From Auanema rhodensis (lineage: Eukaryota; Animalia; Nematoda), in the NCBI GenBank assembly GCA_964057225.1, contig OZ059894.1, positions 16,678,001 through 16,742,000 on the forward strand: a stretch of 64,000 nucleotides of DNA, given 5' to 3'. Under the pieces are notes generated by a model, which did not search any database, was not told the origin of the DNA, and saw nothing but the letters and a program-made list of their open reading frames with translations. Below, piece by piece: positions 1 through 13,780 of this stretch. The position numbers and the translations under genes are program-made. Numbering within the stretch: position 1 is the first letter of the stretch; every line of letters starts with the position of its first letter.

Positions 1-3000
1 ATTTTGTTGCAAAAGGTTTAATATATGTAGATTATAAGTAAAATATTATGTTTTCTTCAAACTAATTAATGTTTGATCAAATATAAAACTATTAAAATTA
101 TTATAATATCTGATGAAAAGCAACTTATTTGACAATAAAAAAGAAAAAAAGAAGAAGACTTGAAGTTATTGCCGATTTGTATGAAATGCAACCGTTCGTG
201 ACCACTACGTAATGAGAAAATGAAAAAAAAGCATTTTTCCTAGAATCTTACGTCATCTACGTGAATTAATCTAAGAAAGAAAATATTCAGTTAAACCATA
301 TGTACGTATATTATATTTTTTTGAATCAAATAATCGTAAAAATCACATTGAAAATGATTAGCATATATACATACATTAGTTAGTAGCCAGGCGGACATTT
401 TTAAGAGCATTTTTACAAACTTTATATGAAATACTGTATTAAAATTTCAATTTTTCTTTTTTCATTTAACAAGTCGTTGGCATATCTTCTCAACATTGCC
501 AGTATGAGTACGCATGTATATCATCCAAAAAAAAAAATTCATCTTTGACCAAAATATATAGGCAGATCATTCCAAATATGGCTTTATTTTGCTGACTAAT
601 TGCATCTGTTTTACGGCTTTTTTAATTAATATTTTATAAATATATTTTCCCTTTTTTTTTTAATCACAAATGATAACAATCTGTAGTCTTTTGATAGATA
701 GTTTATATATAATTTGATCTGAAAAAAGAAAAGATGATTTTATCCTTTTTCAAATAGAAATTTATAATAAATTCCTCTTTTTACTTTTTATCAAACAAAA
801 AATATATAATGAGATATATATATTATAAGTTAAAAATATAAAATTCATATGTTTATATTATGTTTGAGAATAAAGTTCAAAATCACATTGTCATGTGGTT
901 TGTAAATAAATTTTATTGAAGAATTTTATATTTTACTTTACTTTTGAATGAAACGTTTGAATACATCGTCCGTAAATTCGATTACAAATCATATGCAAAA
1001 TATTTCGATCATTTGAGCTGAAACGGTTAAGTATGCAAGCCAGTTAACAACATCAGAAACTTAAGATGTTCAACTAAAGCTAACATGTACCCAACTAACA
1101 GATAAAGTCTGAAAAATGAGTGAAAGAACCTGATAGTTCTACAGATTCGCATCTGTAATCAACGTTTAAATAATATTTATATAAGAAACCAGACCGAAAA
1201 TAGGAGTTAAACTACTGTACAACAATTTATTTCAAATTCTTATGTCTATTTTATCTCTTTTAAGATAATGTGAAGAATCTTAAAGATGTTGAAACAACTT
1301 GAATTACAGTTTTCGTAGATATGTGAGTAATGCATAACACGACGAAGAGACAAGGCTTGTTTAGAAAAATGAATGAACGACAAAGAAAATGAAAAAAGAA
1401 GCAAAAGATAGAGATGAAGTAAAGAGAGTTTGACAGAAAGAGAAATATATGAAAAGAGGTATACAGAGAGACAGATAGAGAGATAGAGAGATACTGATGG
1501 ATGGTAGGTATAGGTGAGGATACTGATTGGAAGAAACAAGCTACCGTCTGTCAGGTCATGTAATTCAATACGTTGAGTCTTTAGCAACTGCAAAGTCTTA
1601 ATGAATAGTCTCTTCATTTTGCTTTGTATCTTTTCAGCTATTTCACCTGTTCTCTCTTAGTTTCATCTTCTCTTTCAGTACATCCCTTTACTCGGAATAT
1701 TTCTAGTTCACTTTGTCTTTCTTTATCGTTTGTCTATTCATTTGCCAACAAATGTTTTTATGCTCGCTTTCTCAGCATTTCTCAAAAAATTCTAAAAAGT
1801 TCTCAAACACATCTTTACCTACTGACTAGAAAATACCTGTGAAATCTCTGTTCCTACTCTTTATCTCCTTAGTAACGCCCTCCCCCCGATCACCCAATAA
1901 CATTGAGATAATTCAGTTCAACACTCATCATTCTACCTTTAGTATATTTGAAATATACAAATGAAAATAGTATAGAGATCATTCACAAACAGCTTTTTCA
2001 CATGTAACATTTCCAAATATGAATGAATTTCCTTGTATCGCTTGCAACAGCTAATCTTATGTATATCCTTTCTTCCTTCAGATGTCATTTTCATCAAATT
2101 CTTCCATTTCTTTTAAATTTTTTTTGTAATAAAGCTAACTAGTAAGAATAAAGAATTACCTTTCAAACATTTTTTTGTTTCAAATATTTCATTTATCAAT
2201 TCATATTTCTGAATATCTTCATCTTGTTTTTCTAGTGTTCATTCACTTTTTACTTCTCATTGTCCTTCTTTTTTTCTCTTTCGTTCCCTTCCTTTTTCTT
2301 TTTTCATTTGATTCTTCTTTATTGTTGCAATTGACATATCTCTCTATACATATATGAGTAATAATCAAACAGTTCATTTACTTTCTCATAGTTTTATTCA
2401 AAAATATTTCTTCTTTATATAGTATATTTCAATCAATTTATTCTTATTTCCGTAATTTATTATATGCAATTGTAAAAGCTGAATATGAACTTGTCAATTC
2501 AATTGTACTTCTATGCTTACATTTATCGTTCATCTCTTTTCTTTATATTTCTCTCATATACTCTCTCTTTCTCTCTCTCTTTCGCTCTCCCTATATCTCT
2601 CTCTATCTCTCTTTACTTTTTGTCTTTTTCATTCAATTTTTCCACAACTTAAGCAAAACTATTATGTTATAGTACTGATAGTTTCTTACATGAATAGTCA
2701 ATGATGAATTCCATTTACTGCAACTATTATTCAAACAAAAAAAAAGAGAAAAAGAACAAAATATTAAAATGAAATGAATAGAGATAAGAAAAATATAATT
2801 TTTCTTCTTTCTATATCTATGAATCCTTTTATCTAAATATTATGTTTTGGACATCTCATCATTGTTGTTTTGCTTTGCTTAAGTGCAGTTATTTGATTCT
2901 TATCCTTTCCTCACCCTCTCTCCTCTCCAACACCCACACCCACACCCTTTTACCCTGTGTCCACCTCTCTTTCTATTATTATAATTTCTATTTTATGAAA

Positions 3001-3950
3001 AAAAAAAAGAAAAATTTTAAAATTTAATTTATAAATACAAATAAATATATTTTTTTATGTAACAATATTACTTTCTTCCTTCATCATCTGAAGTAAAACA
3101 TTAGGATTACGGGTCATTTATGCATAAGAAGTATTACTAATGGCTTAAGCAAGCTAATCAAGCATATCGAAATCTAATTAGTCAGCAAATCAACCCTCTC
3201 AAATATATATCCAAAGGCTATGAAATATTTTGTTACCACGTGAGAGATCTATTGTTCATCATATTAAAATAAAAAAACTTCTTTTAAAAATTATTGTCTC
3301 TAATTATTCTTGAAAGAGATTTTTTCATCTCATTCTTTTTCTCTTTAATTTGCTCATTTAAAAGTTTTTTTTTTAATTTTATAAAAAAAAGAAGTAAATT
3401 TAACAAAGAGATAAAGATAAATATTGTATTTATCTACATAACAAACTTGTTTAAATTACAATTTAAACAAGAATATTCATTTTGAATACATTTCACTACT
3501 ATTTCATTCATATACAAATCTATTCTTTGACATTTTTCTCAAACTTTACTCACCAGACTTTCTCTATTTATTATATTATTTACAGAAAACTGACTGAAGT
3601 TTTTGAAATTTCAGAAATATTTCTCGCTACTCCTCAACTTGAGCGAATAAGCTTGGCTTTGGAGTGTTTTTTTATGAAAAATATCCTTAAACAAAAGGTT
3701 TAACATTTCTAGAAAATGCATATAATTTATTCAGTATAAGATATAAAACAAATAAATTATATGTTTCTTCCTTATAATGAAAAATGAGCCAAAACTTAAT
3801 TATAATATAGCATGTGAATATGTATTTAAAAAGATAATAACATCCTAGAAGTGTCATGTCATCTAGATGGAATTGTTGATTATAATTTTTGAAATATTCT
3901 TTAGATTATTTAATGTTTCAGTTTTCTTTTTTTTTGTCGAAAAAAACTTA

Positions 3951-3954
<4 letters not shown>

Positions 3955-4002
<48 letters not shown>

Positions 4003-4008
4003 ACACAC
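3955..4008 (+). repeat. (CT)n microsatellite
   Basis: Directly visible (CT) run followed by a short (CA) run. Confidence 0.95.
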
Positions 4009-7000
4009 AAACTCTCTTCAAGTTGATTAGTGTTCAACTATGTTAATCACTTTTAAAATAATGTTTTATATTTGAAAAACGATATTCCATGAATTAATCG
4101 GAAAGATTTCGTTTGTCCTTTTATGTACAAATTGTTCTTTTTTTTTTCAAAATCTTAGTACCAATCCTTCTCTTTTTGATGTAAAATAATTTCCGGAGAA
4201 ACGAAAATAATGAATCGACTTTTCGCTTCAACACACAAAATATGACTTTCGACCTTGTTTTCTTCGTATTATCTTTTAGAAAATGAAGAAAATAGTAAAA
4301 GAGTCATTTATAGTAAACGGCTCGCCACATTTTGTGTTTCTATATTCTTAATAAGCTAAAACAAGAACATCACAACAATGATGATGAATATGAAATATAC
4401 TTTGCATTTGTTTTTTGTGTGGAATTGTGTATATCATTGTCATTTCTGAGCACTATCATCTGAAGAAAAATTACAATTTTTCACAAATTTTCAGGTTGAT
4501 TGACATGCTTCAAGACAGAGTGAAGAGTAGAATTTTTGAACTTTTCAAATACTAGTTTAATGTAATGTAAACAGATATACATATACATGTATATGATCTA
4601 AAAGATATAGATTTCTTAACTAGTATTTATATAATTAACTATATATATATATAATATATAAAATGTAATAAATTAAGTACAATATTAGTACAATATTCAA
4701 AAGAAATTTAGTTTTTTAAAACAAATTATATATATTTATTTATAGAATACAACTCGTCTAATTTTATTTTTTAAATAAATAAAGTTACATGTCTTTATCT
4801 AGATACATAATACTATTCTATCTTGTGTTCTTTCTTCTTGATTTGATTGAAATTTGATGTTTAGGCAAATTTTTTTTATTTTGCTCAAAACCAAAATGAA
4901 CTTTGCGAACAGTTTTCAACTAATTTGCCAAACTTTCATGAGTCTGAGATGAAAGATCTCAGAACTTTTAAATATCGATGAAGCTGCAAAGTTTCATCTC
5001 ATATATTATTCCTTTCAATTAGTTTTCCGCCTTCTCCTTTTAAATTTTTTTTATTCCGATTTCAATCTAAAATTCTTTGTTTGAAAAAAAGAACGGTTAT
5101 TTGAACTTATCTGTGTGTGGGTTGTATCCTCATATAACCATCAAAATAAGTTCTCATCTATCATTACTTAATGAGGATTTGGATTAAAATAGTGTGAATT
5201 GATCTTAATCCTTAACAGTCTCAATTATTTCCTTTCAACTATATCATATTACAAGTCATTATCTTCTTTTTCTCTTCTCCATCATCTTTCCCTTCTCTTT
5301 ACTTACTCACTTATCGTTTTCTTCTCCAGTTGAAATAATCGGAAGAAAAGTACTAGCCAATACTATTGTTTCTCAACATTTTTTCCCCTCATTTCACTAT
5401 TCCTTTCATTTTCATTTTTTTTTAAAAAAATGTTTTTTTTTTCAATTATAATATCAAATATTCATATCCCCATATAATATAAATTATGTTTTTTTGTTTC
5501 TTTCACTACTTCAATCTTCAACAATGAGTATATACTTTTTCAATTTTACTCATACTTTTAATTTTTGTTTTTGGATCTTTTATCCATTTTTGCGTGAAAA
5601 ATCATACAGATACACTTTGTGACAGCAAGCTTCATTCCGGCTAAATGGCTCAATTTCGTGTTCATTTCGATGTTGTATGTGAATCTTCGAATAGAGCTGA
5701 ATCCCAGACTAGTTTAGTATATAGTTAGAACGAACATACTTATCCATCTTCTTATTTGATTTCTTTATTTCACAACTAGAGAATCGAAATAAATCGGTCA
5801 TGAATTTTAAATTATCTTTTCTTTATTTTTTTTCAATGAAATTTTAATTTTCAAGAACATTTGTAAAGAGAAAATCATAACTTCACAAAGTCATGATGGA
5901 CATAAGCATTTGCCCTCATCATTCATGTTCTGGTCTAATGAGCTCAGACAATATCGAGAAAGAATTAAAATCCAGAAATTTACTTCTTCTTTTCTGCTCA
6001 TCTTCATCTTCTCACTTTTCTCTGTTTCATCTCTTCAGATAGATATTCTTGAGAGTTTTGCTATTCGATTTCGTAGATTTTAAACCTTTCTCTGGCAAGT
6101 TCCTATTACTAGCTTTTTCATTATTCTATCTTCCAATTCAGTAATATTCTCATTTTGACACTTCAAGAGCTAACAGAATCTTTTAAAAATTCATTTTTGA
6201 TTACTCTTAATATATCTTTTTGAATATTCTTATACTCAAGTTTGCAGTAATATGTGATATTTCCCCTTATTTTAAAGAAAACCTCATAGGTTTTATCTAC
6301 TAGCTCACTATGAAACCTCGTGTTTTTCCGTAATTTCTATTTTGTGAATTGAAATTGCTATATATGTATGTATGTGCTAGTAAAATTTAACAGCTTTTAC
6401 AGAATAGAATTGTTGAAAAACAAATAATGGGTACAATGCTTCTTATTCAATTGAACTTAAAAATTTTGATAATTTTTACAACTTCATTACCTTCATTTAT
6501 TCAAAAATTAACGTTGTCGGTGAACCAAACAGAAAAAAAAATGAACATTTTTCATTTTTGTTGAATAAAATCAAAATCTGTAACGAGTGTCTGAAGCCAT
6601 CCAACACATTCAAACACATGAAATTTCATGCTTTCATTCTGTTCTCTTAATAATTCTATTCGGTTCATTGGACTGAGTTCTTTCAATAATCTCGAAAAGC
6701 TCCTATCCTCGGCACTTTATCGAGATAGCACTTATGTGTTTCATCAAATGGAACTTTGTTGCTTTTTCCTTGAACTTGCTTGATTTCATTTCTTCTTACT
6801 TTCATAGCTCATTTAAAATAATTTTGATGAACATATAAAGCAACTTGTTCGTCTCCTATAATAAGGAAATCATTCTTTCCTTCCTCTATACTCTTGCTTT
6901 CAAATTTTTACTTTCTTCTTTTCACTCTTCCAATATATTCTGCATTTTGCTGTTTCTTCGAATTAAATCTTTTGTTTTCTCCTAAATGTTAAATGTTTTA

Positions 7001-8217
7001 AATCTAATTCCTTTCTTATCTAATTGGATAAATAAAATTGCTCTAAGCTAATTGATCTTGTACTATTATTCCACTACCTACTCATTGCTTCTCAATAAGC
7101 TTGTCCTATTGCTGTCTTCTTTCACGTGCTTTTTGCTAATTACGCATATATAGAAACGTGAACGGTTCACGTGGACTTAGCGATATAATCTGCATTTTGC
7201 GATTTGCAAATGCATTGTTCGGTTGGGTTCAAAGTTTCATTTAAGTTTTATTTAACTATTATTTATAATTAATTATTAACATTGCCTTATAAGTATCGTT
7301 TTTGTTTAACTTGAAGCATTAGCAAGAGTGGACAAAAAAAAACCATAAAAGAATCGAAAATGTTGGGTTTTGATAAAAACAAAGCTGGCTTTCCTCATGC
7401 TTTCATTTTTTATGACGACTAGCATACCCACCCATGTTGAATGACCTACAGATCGGCACATGCATTCTACCACATTTTCACATACATGTTTCTCCTGTCG
7501 GTTTCCTTACTGCAAACGTCTGAATATCTTGAAAAATTTCTAAAATTCCTAATATCTCTCAATCATCCATTCTATTTTACAGCTCATTCGCAATTCCTTG
7601 TAATATTAAGCCTACTGACTTCCTCGAAGGCTATTACGATTAACGTTAATTAGTTCAAGCAGCATGAAGAATCAAATAGCTTTAATGCTCTAAAGCTTCA
7701 TTTTGATTGAATTTTCAAAGACTCACTGAGTTTCCTATTTTGTTGTATCGTTTTCTTTCTTTTTTTTAAATTTAAATTTAACTAACGTTATCACATCCGT
7801 TCCACTTTCGTTGGATGTAATATAACAAAAGTTTGATTAAATTTTAATAATTTACTAATAAAACGAAAATAAATTATTTCAAACATTTGTTAAAATTAAA
7901 AAATTCATAATATTTGGATTAGAAATAAAACAAAAAGCTTCTTGAAAATACATGATATCTGAAGAGAGCTCTTTCAATTTAACTATTTTCTGAGATGACC
8001 TTTACGTACTAAGGCTTATACTCAAAATCTGTGAACGATAAGTTGCCTGAATCAGCATCTCAAGTTGTATATGACAAGTGCGTAAAACGTGAAAGTATAG
8101 CTTGATGTAATAGGATATTCCGATAATTGTTGGCTTGGCTCGGTTCCGTTCGAAGATGAAACAACTCTTCGTCTTTATTCTCTTTGTCTCATTTCCTGTT
8201 GAGGCATTTTATCATTC

Positions 8218-8247
8218 TCTCCCCCCCCTCTCTCTCTCTTTTTTTTT

Positions 8248-8278
<31 letters not shown>

Positions 8279-8356
8279 TTTCCCTTCTTTTTTTTGTTTT
8301 TTTCTCTTTTAATATTTCTCTCCCTCTCTCTCTTCCTCCTTCTTCTTCCCCATTCT

Positions 8357-8388
<32 letters not shown>

Positions 8389-8395
8389 TTTTTAA
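8218..8395 (+). repeat. Compound polypyrimidine/(CT)n tract
   Basis: About 180 nt of almost pure C/T with several (CT)n runs. Confidence 0.9.
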
Positions 8396-9256
8396 ATTTC
8401 TTTTTTCTCTCAATTTTCCCTTTTAGTAACTATTTCTCTACCTTCTCACTTATCCTTTTTCAAGTGGATATATTTGAAGTATTCCATGCTTATGAAATGC
8501 TGAATTACCCAGATATAGATAAGCGCCATAACGTCACCAATACCAAATTGAAGTTGTGAACCAAATATTACAACTTTTCGTTCATTTTCTCCCAAAAAGA
8601 AATTCAAATTGTAGTTTTTCCTACTATTTTTGAGATTTTTGTTCATTTTGATTCAGTTTATCGTTTAAATAATTTCGTTTTTTCAACTAAGTATTTGAGG
8701 TATTCTGACCTTAAAACCAAATACTCTAAGCTTGCAATAAACAAAAAACAAAAGCTTTTTTCTAAAAAAGATACACAGCTGTTTTCAAAACCTGATCATT
8801 GTTATATGATTTTTATGGTAATCTTAAAAAAATATTTAATGAAATATAATAATCGGCTTATCTTAATTAAATTTGTTCCGTTTTTTTTGCTTATTATAAC
8901 GGAAAACAGGATATTTCATGATCTAAGATAGATGTTACATTTTATTTTTATTTTTTGCAATCGTTGCAAATATAACTTTATAGCTATTTTTTTATATTTT
9001 TTTGAGTTTTATTAGTTGGATTATTAAAAGAAAACTAAAACGTCCTCATATTTCTCACATTTTTCTGTTTTTTTTATGCAAAAAAACTTACTTTCTCATA
9101 TCAACTCATGTTTTGTTGTGGTCAGTTGATTTTCAATCTTAACATCAGTAATATCAAATTCACATTTTGAACCTATCTAATTGGACTTTTTCTCATCCAA
9201 CACTTTATAACATTCATAGAAAAAACATATTTATATTTCTTTTTAGAAACGGTATT

Positions 9257-11432
9257 ATGGATTCAGAATATCGAATAATTCTGAATGTTGGTGGGGTTCG
9301 TCATGAGACATATAAGCATACACTAAAGAAAATTCCAGCCACTAGGTTTTGATCAAATCTTCTTTGTATGGATTGTTTTTATTTTGTTTTCTTTTCAGAT
9401 TATCACGTCTCACTACAAACTTGGCTAATTATGATCCTGTACTTAACGAATATTTTTTTGATAGACATCCTGGAGTTTTTGCACAAATATTAAATTATTA
9501 CCGAACTGGAAAACTTCATTATCCTCTAGATGTTTGTGGTCCATTATTTGAAGAGGAACTGAAAGTATATCTTTTATATTTCATTGGCTATCATAAAATA
9601 TTGTTTTTTTAGTACTGGGGTCTGGACTCAAATGAATGTGAGCCTTGTTGTTGGATGACGTTATCTGGAACTAGGGATACACAAGAAGTTCTCAAAACTC
9701 TTGATGAGCTAGATATTGAAGTTGATAATGCTGATGGTCAGGTACGAATTTACATTTTTTCATTTTTATCTTTAAATTTATGCTCCAATTAAATCTTTTT
9801 CTTTAGGAATTATATAAACGTTTTGGCTGGGAAGATGACTACCATAATGATAGTTTAAGTCGATGGCAACGTTTAAAACCAAAAATTTGGCGATTATTCG
9901 ATGAACCAAGTTCATCACAAGGAGCTAAAGTAAGCATTTTTTTCACATTTTGCTAGTTCAAAATATCCAAATAATTAGAAAAAGAGGATTATTTGCTCAA
10001 CTATACTACTTTCAGGTAATCGCCATTATTTCGGTGTTTTTCCTCATCAGTGCCATTCTTGTTTTCTGCTTGAAAACTCATCCTGGCCTTAGAATTTCCG
10101 AAATAATTCCTGTAGGAAATATAAGTCGTCAAATACGGTCAACAAATCCAAATCATTACAAATATCGTCCAGCTACATTAACTGTTGATAAAACGAATTC
10201 TAAAGCACATCCAGGATTTATGGTTTGAGATTATGAATACTTTCATATGATCTTATAATTGTTTTTCTGTAGATGATTGAAACTTTATGCAATATATGGT
10301 TCACTATTGAAATTCTTGTTAGGTTTGTGGCTTGTCCTTCAAAATGGGACTATGTTAAGGTAATGTTAATTCATATTCAGAACCTTTATATGTTATCTTA
10401 TTCCTATATTTCTAGGCTCCAGTAAACATGATTGATATTGTGGCCACATTAACATTCTACGTCGATCTTCTGATTAATACTTTCGGAGCTTCGGCTGATC
10501 TCGAATTCTTCTCAATCATACGTATTATGCGTCTTTTCAAATTAACTCATCATAATAGTGGCCTTAAAATTCTTATGCATACTTTCAAGTAAGGAAGATC
10601 AAGTTTATATCTCGATGACCAATCATAAAATTCAGAGCTTCCGCAAAAGAATTGATGCTTCTCGTCTTTTTCTTAGTACTTGGTGTTGTTGTCTTTGCTT
10701 CTCTCGTCTATTATGCGGAACGGGTGGAAAATAATCCAGATAATCAATTTCAAAGTATTCCAATAGGATTGTGGTGGGCTGTAAGTTTATTTTATAGAAA
10801 ATATATTATTCATTTGATTAATATATAGATTGTGACGATGACTACAATTGGTTATGGTGATATCACACCTCATACTTACTTAGGACGACTGATTGGTTCT
10901 ATCTGTGCCTTAGCAGGTGTACTCACTATTGCTCTTCCAGTTCCAGTGAGTAGTTTGTAATTTTTTGAATAGAAATAATAGTTAGAATATAATGGAAAAG
11001 GCAATACTATAATGAAAAAAGAACAAGCAAACTATGTAAATTTGAGATAAAATTCCTGAAATATTCATTTCATATATTCAACTTTATACTTAATCGAACA
11101 AATTATTCAGGTTATTGTTTCCAACTTTGCAATGTTTTATTCGCATACTCAAGCTCGTTCAAAAATGCCCAAAAAGCGTCGTGGAGTTCTCAGCGTAGAT
11201 CAGGTAAGAGGGGTTTCGTCTAACAATTTACTTAGGAATTTCTCACATATCATTGAGTTATATAACAGCTGAGAACACTTTATCTCAATTCAATTTCCTA
11301 TATCAAGTTATGTTATTTTAGGTGAAGCAACATCCTCGTCAGCATAATCATAATGGACCTCGTCGCAATATGGAAAATGCTCCTCTTATGCATAATAACA
11401 ATAATCATACACCACCACATACTCTTATTTAA
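9257..11432 (+). CDS. Shaw-family (Kv3) voltage-gated potassium channel alpha subunit, 11 exons
   Basis: Exons 9257-9345, 9399-9564, 9613-9741, 9807-9929, 10016-10222, 10273-10359, 10416-10588, 10636-10780, 10829-10945, 11111-11203, 11322-11432, all with GT-AG introns and in frame. T1 domain ([44 protein letters not shown]), Shaw-type S4 ([16 protein letters not shown]), pore TTIGYGD, S6 gate LPVPVIV. An acceptor at 9246 leaves an upstream coding exon possible. I cannot resolve which shw/egl-36 paralogue it is. Confidence 0.96.
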
Positions 11433-11873
11433 CACTTCCTAATTAATTATAAATGATATATATCCATATATATATATATATATATATGGCTAGCCATTAC
11501 CTTCAGCATAATCTAATCCGGTACCGGTAACACGAACATGGATTATTCTCGGTCTGTCCTGCACCAAAGATTCATATAAAAAATGGCTCAACTTGTAAAA
11601 GTTCCTACTTAATGATCTCTGAAAACTAGCCCAATAGCATATTTCCTAGACCTTTCTATCAAATTGTGATATATATTGCACAGAAAAAAAATAAAATATT
11701 TTCTATGTATTTTAGATTATTATACGTTTATTCGTAATAACTGGAAATTGACAATGAAACAATCAACAAAATAATTATCAAACAACTCAACCATACAGAA
11801 AACTGGAAACCAACACGCTATCGTGAGACTACGAGAAGATCGAGAATACCTGCCGTTAATTGCTCTTTCAAAA

Positions 11874-13286
11874 TTAATTATTTTCCTTAGCCTCCTGCTC
11901 TTCATCTTCATTATCACTTGGATTTTCACTTTTATTGTCACTCTTCAGGCATGGTACCTGCTCATCTACCTCACAATTTTCGTCATCACCTTCCTCACGA
12001 TCACCCTCATCTTCATTGTTATCCTTAGACTTGCCTCCAACGAAACTCTTCAAAGTTTCACCTTCCTCGTCGCTGTGCTCTCCTGCCTCCTCGTGTCCTG
12101 TCAACTCTTTCTCCAACTGTTTCTGACGAAGCTCCATTAAACCTATAAATCAAAAATGTTGAAGAAAACATTTGTCTTATAAACCTTGGATAAGTTTTTC
12201 ACTGCTTTTCAGCAGTTCGAGAGATCTAAGAGTGTGCTTGGCAGGACTGAAGAAAATAACAGGCTTTGACTGAGTCTGTATATGATTTCTTATCAACATG
12301 TAATGCTTTTTCTTAGCATCAGCCTGAAATGATAAAGTATTCTATAAATTCTGAGAAAAAAAATTAATTTACATATTGAATGAGAGCCTTTTTACGGGTC
12401 AGAGCTCGCAATTCAGACTCATGTTCACGTCTCTTATCTTGCAAAGTTCTTCGTTCTTCCATAGCCTATCAAGAAACATTTTTAAAAATTTGAAAGTCAA
12501 TATTACCTGCTCTTTCTCTTGTTTTTTCTTCTCATCTAACCGCTTCTCTATTTCACCTAACTTATCCGCCTGAAAAAAAAACAATTTTTCCGAGTTACTA
12601 TTTCAAAAAAAATTTTACCTGCTTTTTCTCAGCAGACTCAATTTTACGTTCTTCTTTCTGGAAACGTTGCAAAGTACCAATTAATAAAGAAGAGAACATA
12701 CGTCTATTTCTGGAATATTAATGAATTAGTATCTTCCAATTTATAAGAAAGATAATGTAAAGCGGATATAAAGAAAAAGCTAACCTAGATTGAACCTCTT
12801 TCTTCTCGGTTTTTGCGAGTTCCTCGATTTTCTCTACACGACTCTTAGTTTCAATTGAAGGCATAACAACAGTTGATTGTAGACTCCTATAGCAAATAGA
12901 ATGATCAAATTCGAAATAACGATAGCAAACCTTTTGGGTCTCAAGTCTACTTCATCATCATCTTCATCTTCGTAATCATCTCTACCTCTTTTGGCACCTC
13001 GATTTGTCTGAGTGGACCCGTTATACCTAAACAAGAAAATCATCAAAAAATTACAAAGAATACTACGAACTCGATACGTTTCCTGATGGCTGGACCATTA
13101 CGCCGCTCCATTCCATTCTGAGCCTCATTCGACAGTCTCCTATTACCTCTAAAAAAATTTAAAAATAAGGAAAATAGAGAATAACACGAACCTTTCACCT
13201 CCTCTACCAAAATGGCCTAATTCACTATCAATAGCTCTTAGCTTTTCATGAACACGTTCAATATCTTTTTCGAGATCTTCACTCAT
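11874..13286 (-). CDS. pnn-1: Pinin/SDK/memA splicing-associated protein, 9 exons
   Basis: Exons 13286-13192, 13148-13071, 13026-12931, 12886-12785, 12709-12619, 12569-12507, 12465-12373, 12323-12185, 12142-11874. N-terminal coiled coil MSEDLEKDIERVHEKLRAID, memA signature RNRRMFSSLLIGTLQRFQKEE, HIQTQSKPVIFFSPAKH, acidic C-terminus. Confidence 0.9.
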
Positions 13287-13468
13287 CTAAAATAAACATA
13301 AAATCAATACATTCAAAAAATGAAAGTCCTATATACCAATGCATGAAACATACATGAAAATGACTCATAACGACACAATTTAAAAAAAACTTTACATATG
13401 AGATTAAAAAGATCATCCGTAACTATAAATTAGAAAAATACAAATTTAATTGAAAAATAAAAAAAGAA

Positions 13469-13478
13469 AGCGCGGGAA
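13469..13478 (-). promoter_or_regulatory. E2F/DRM-like site (TTCCCGCGCT) upstream of pinin
   Basis: Matches the TTSSCGC E2F consensus about 185 nt upstream of the ATG; the same AGCGCGGG 8-mer occurs upstream of moc-1. Confidence 0.4.
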
Positions 13479-13780
13479 GGGGAAGAATGATTACAAGAGT
13501 TAGTGACATAATTAAAAAATTGATAACAGGAATGAGTAAGGTGGGGGGGGGGGAGGAAAAGCGTAATACAAATTAAAAAGAGAACGGAAATACTATATTA
13601 AGTTGGAAGAAAAGAGTAGCCGAGACGATTTCGAGGGCAGAGGTTAAGACTTGTAACATAAGACCGGTATAATCAAGTGTGAAGCAGCACAAAAAGCTTC
13701 TGTATAAGACCAGTTCTCAATTTAAACTAAAAAAAGCGTGCTGTAAAATCGAATGACCTAAAATATTTTAAAAGCATGAA

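Noticed and set aside
1246-8931. Many 60-120 aa Leu/Ser/Phe-rich ORFs
   Set aside because: They arise from (CT)n and poly-T low-complexity tracts; no splice-consistent model or protein motif.
11823-12140. 105-aa hydrophobic plus-strand ORF resembling a membrane protein (and overlapping Ser-rich ORF 11935-12126)
   Set aside because: Antisense shadow of the Glu/Asp-rich last exon of pinin; GAA/GAT codons read as hydrophobic or Ser codons on the other strand.
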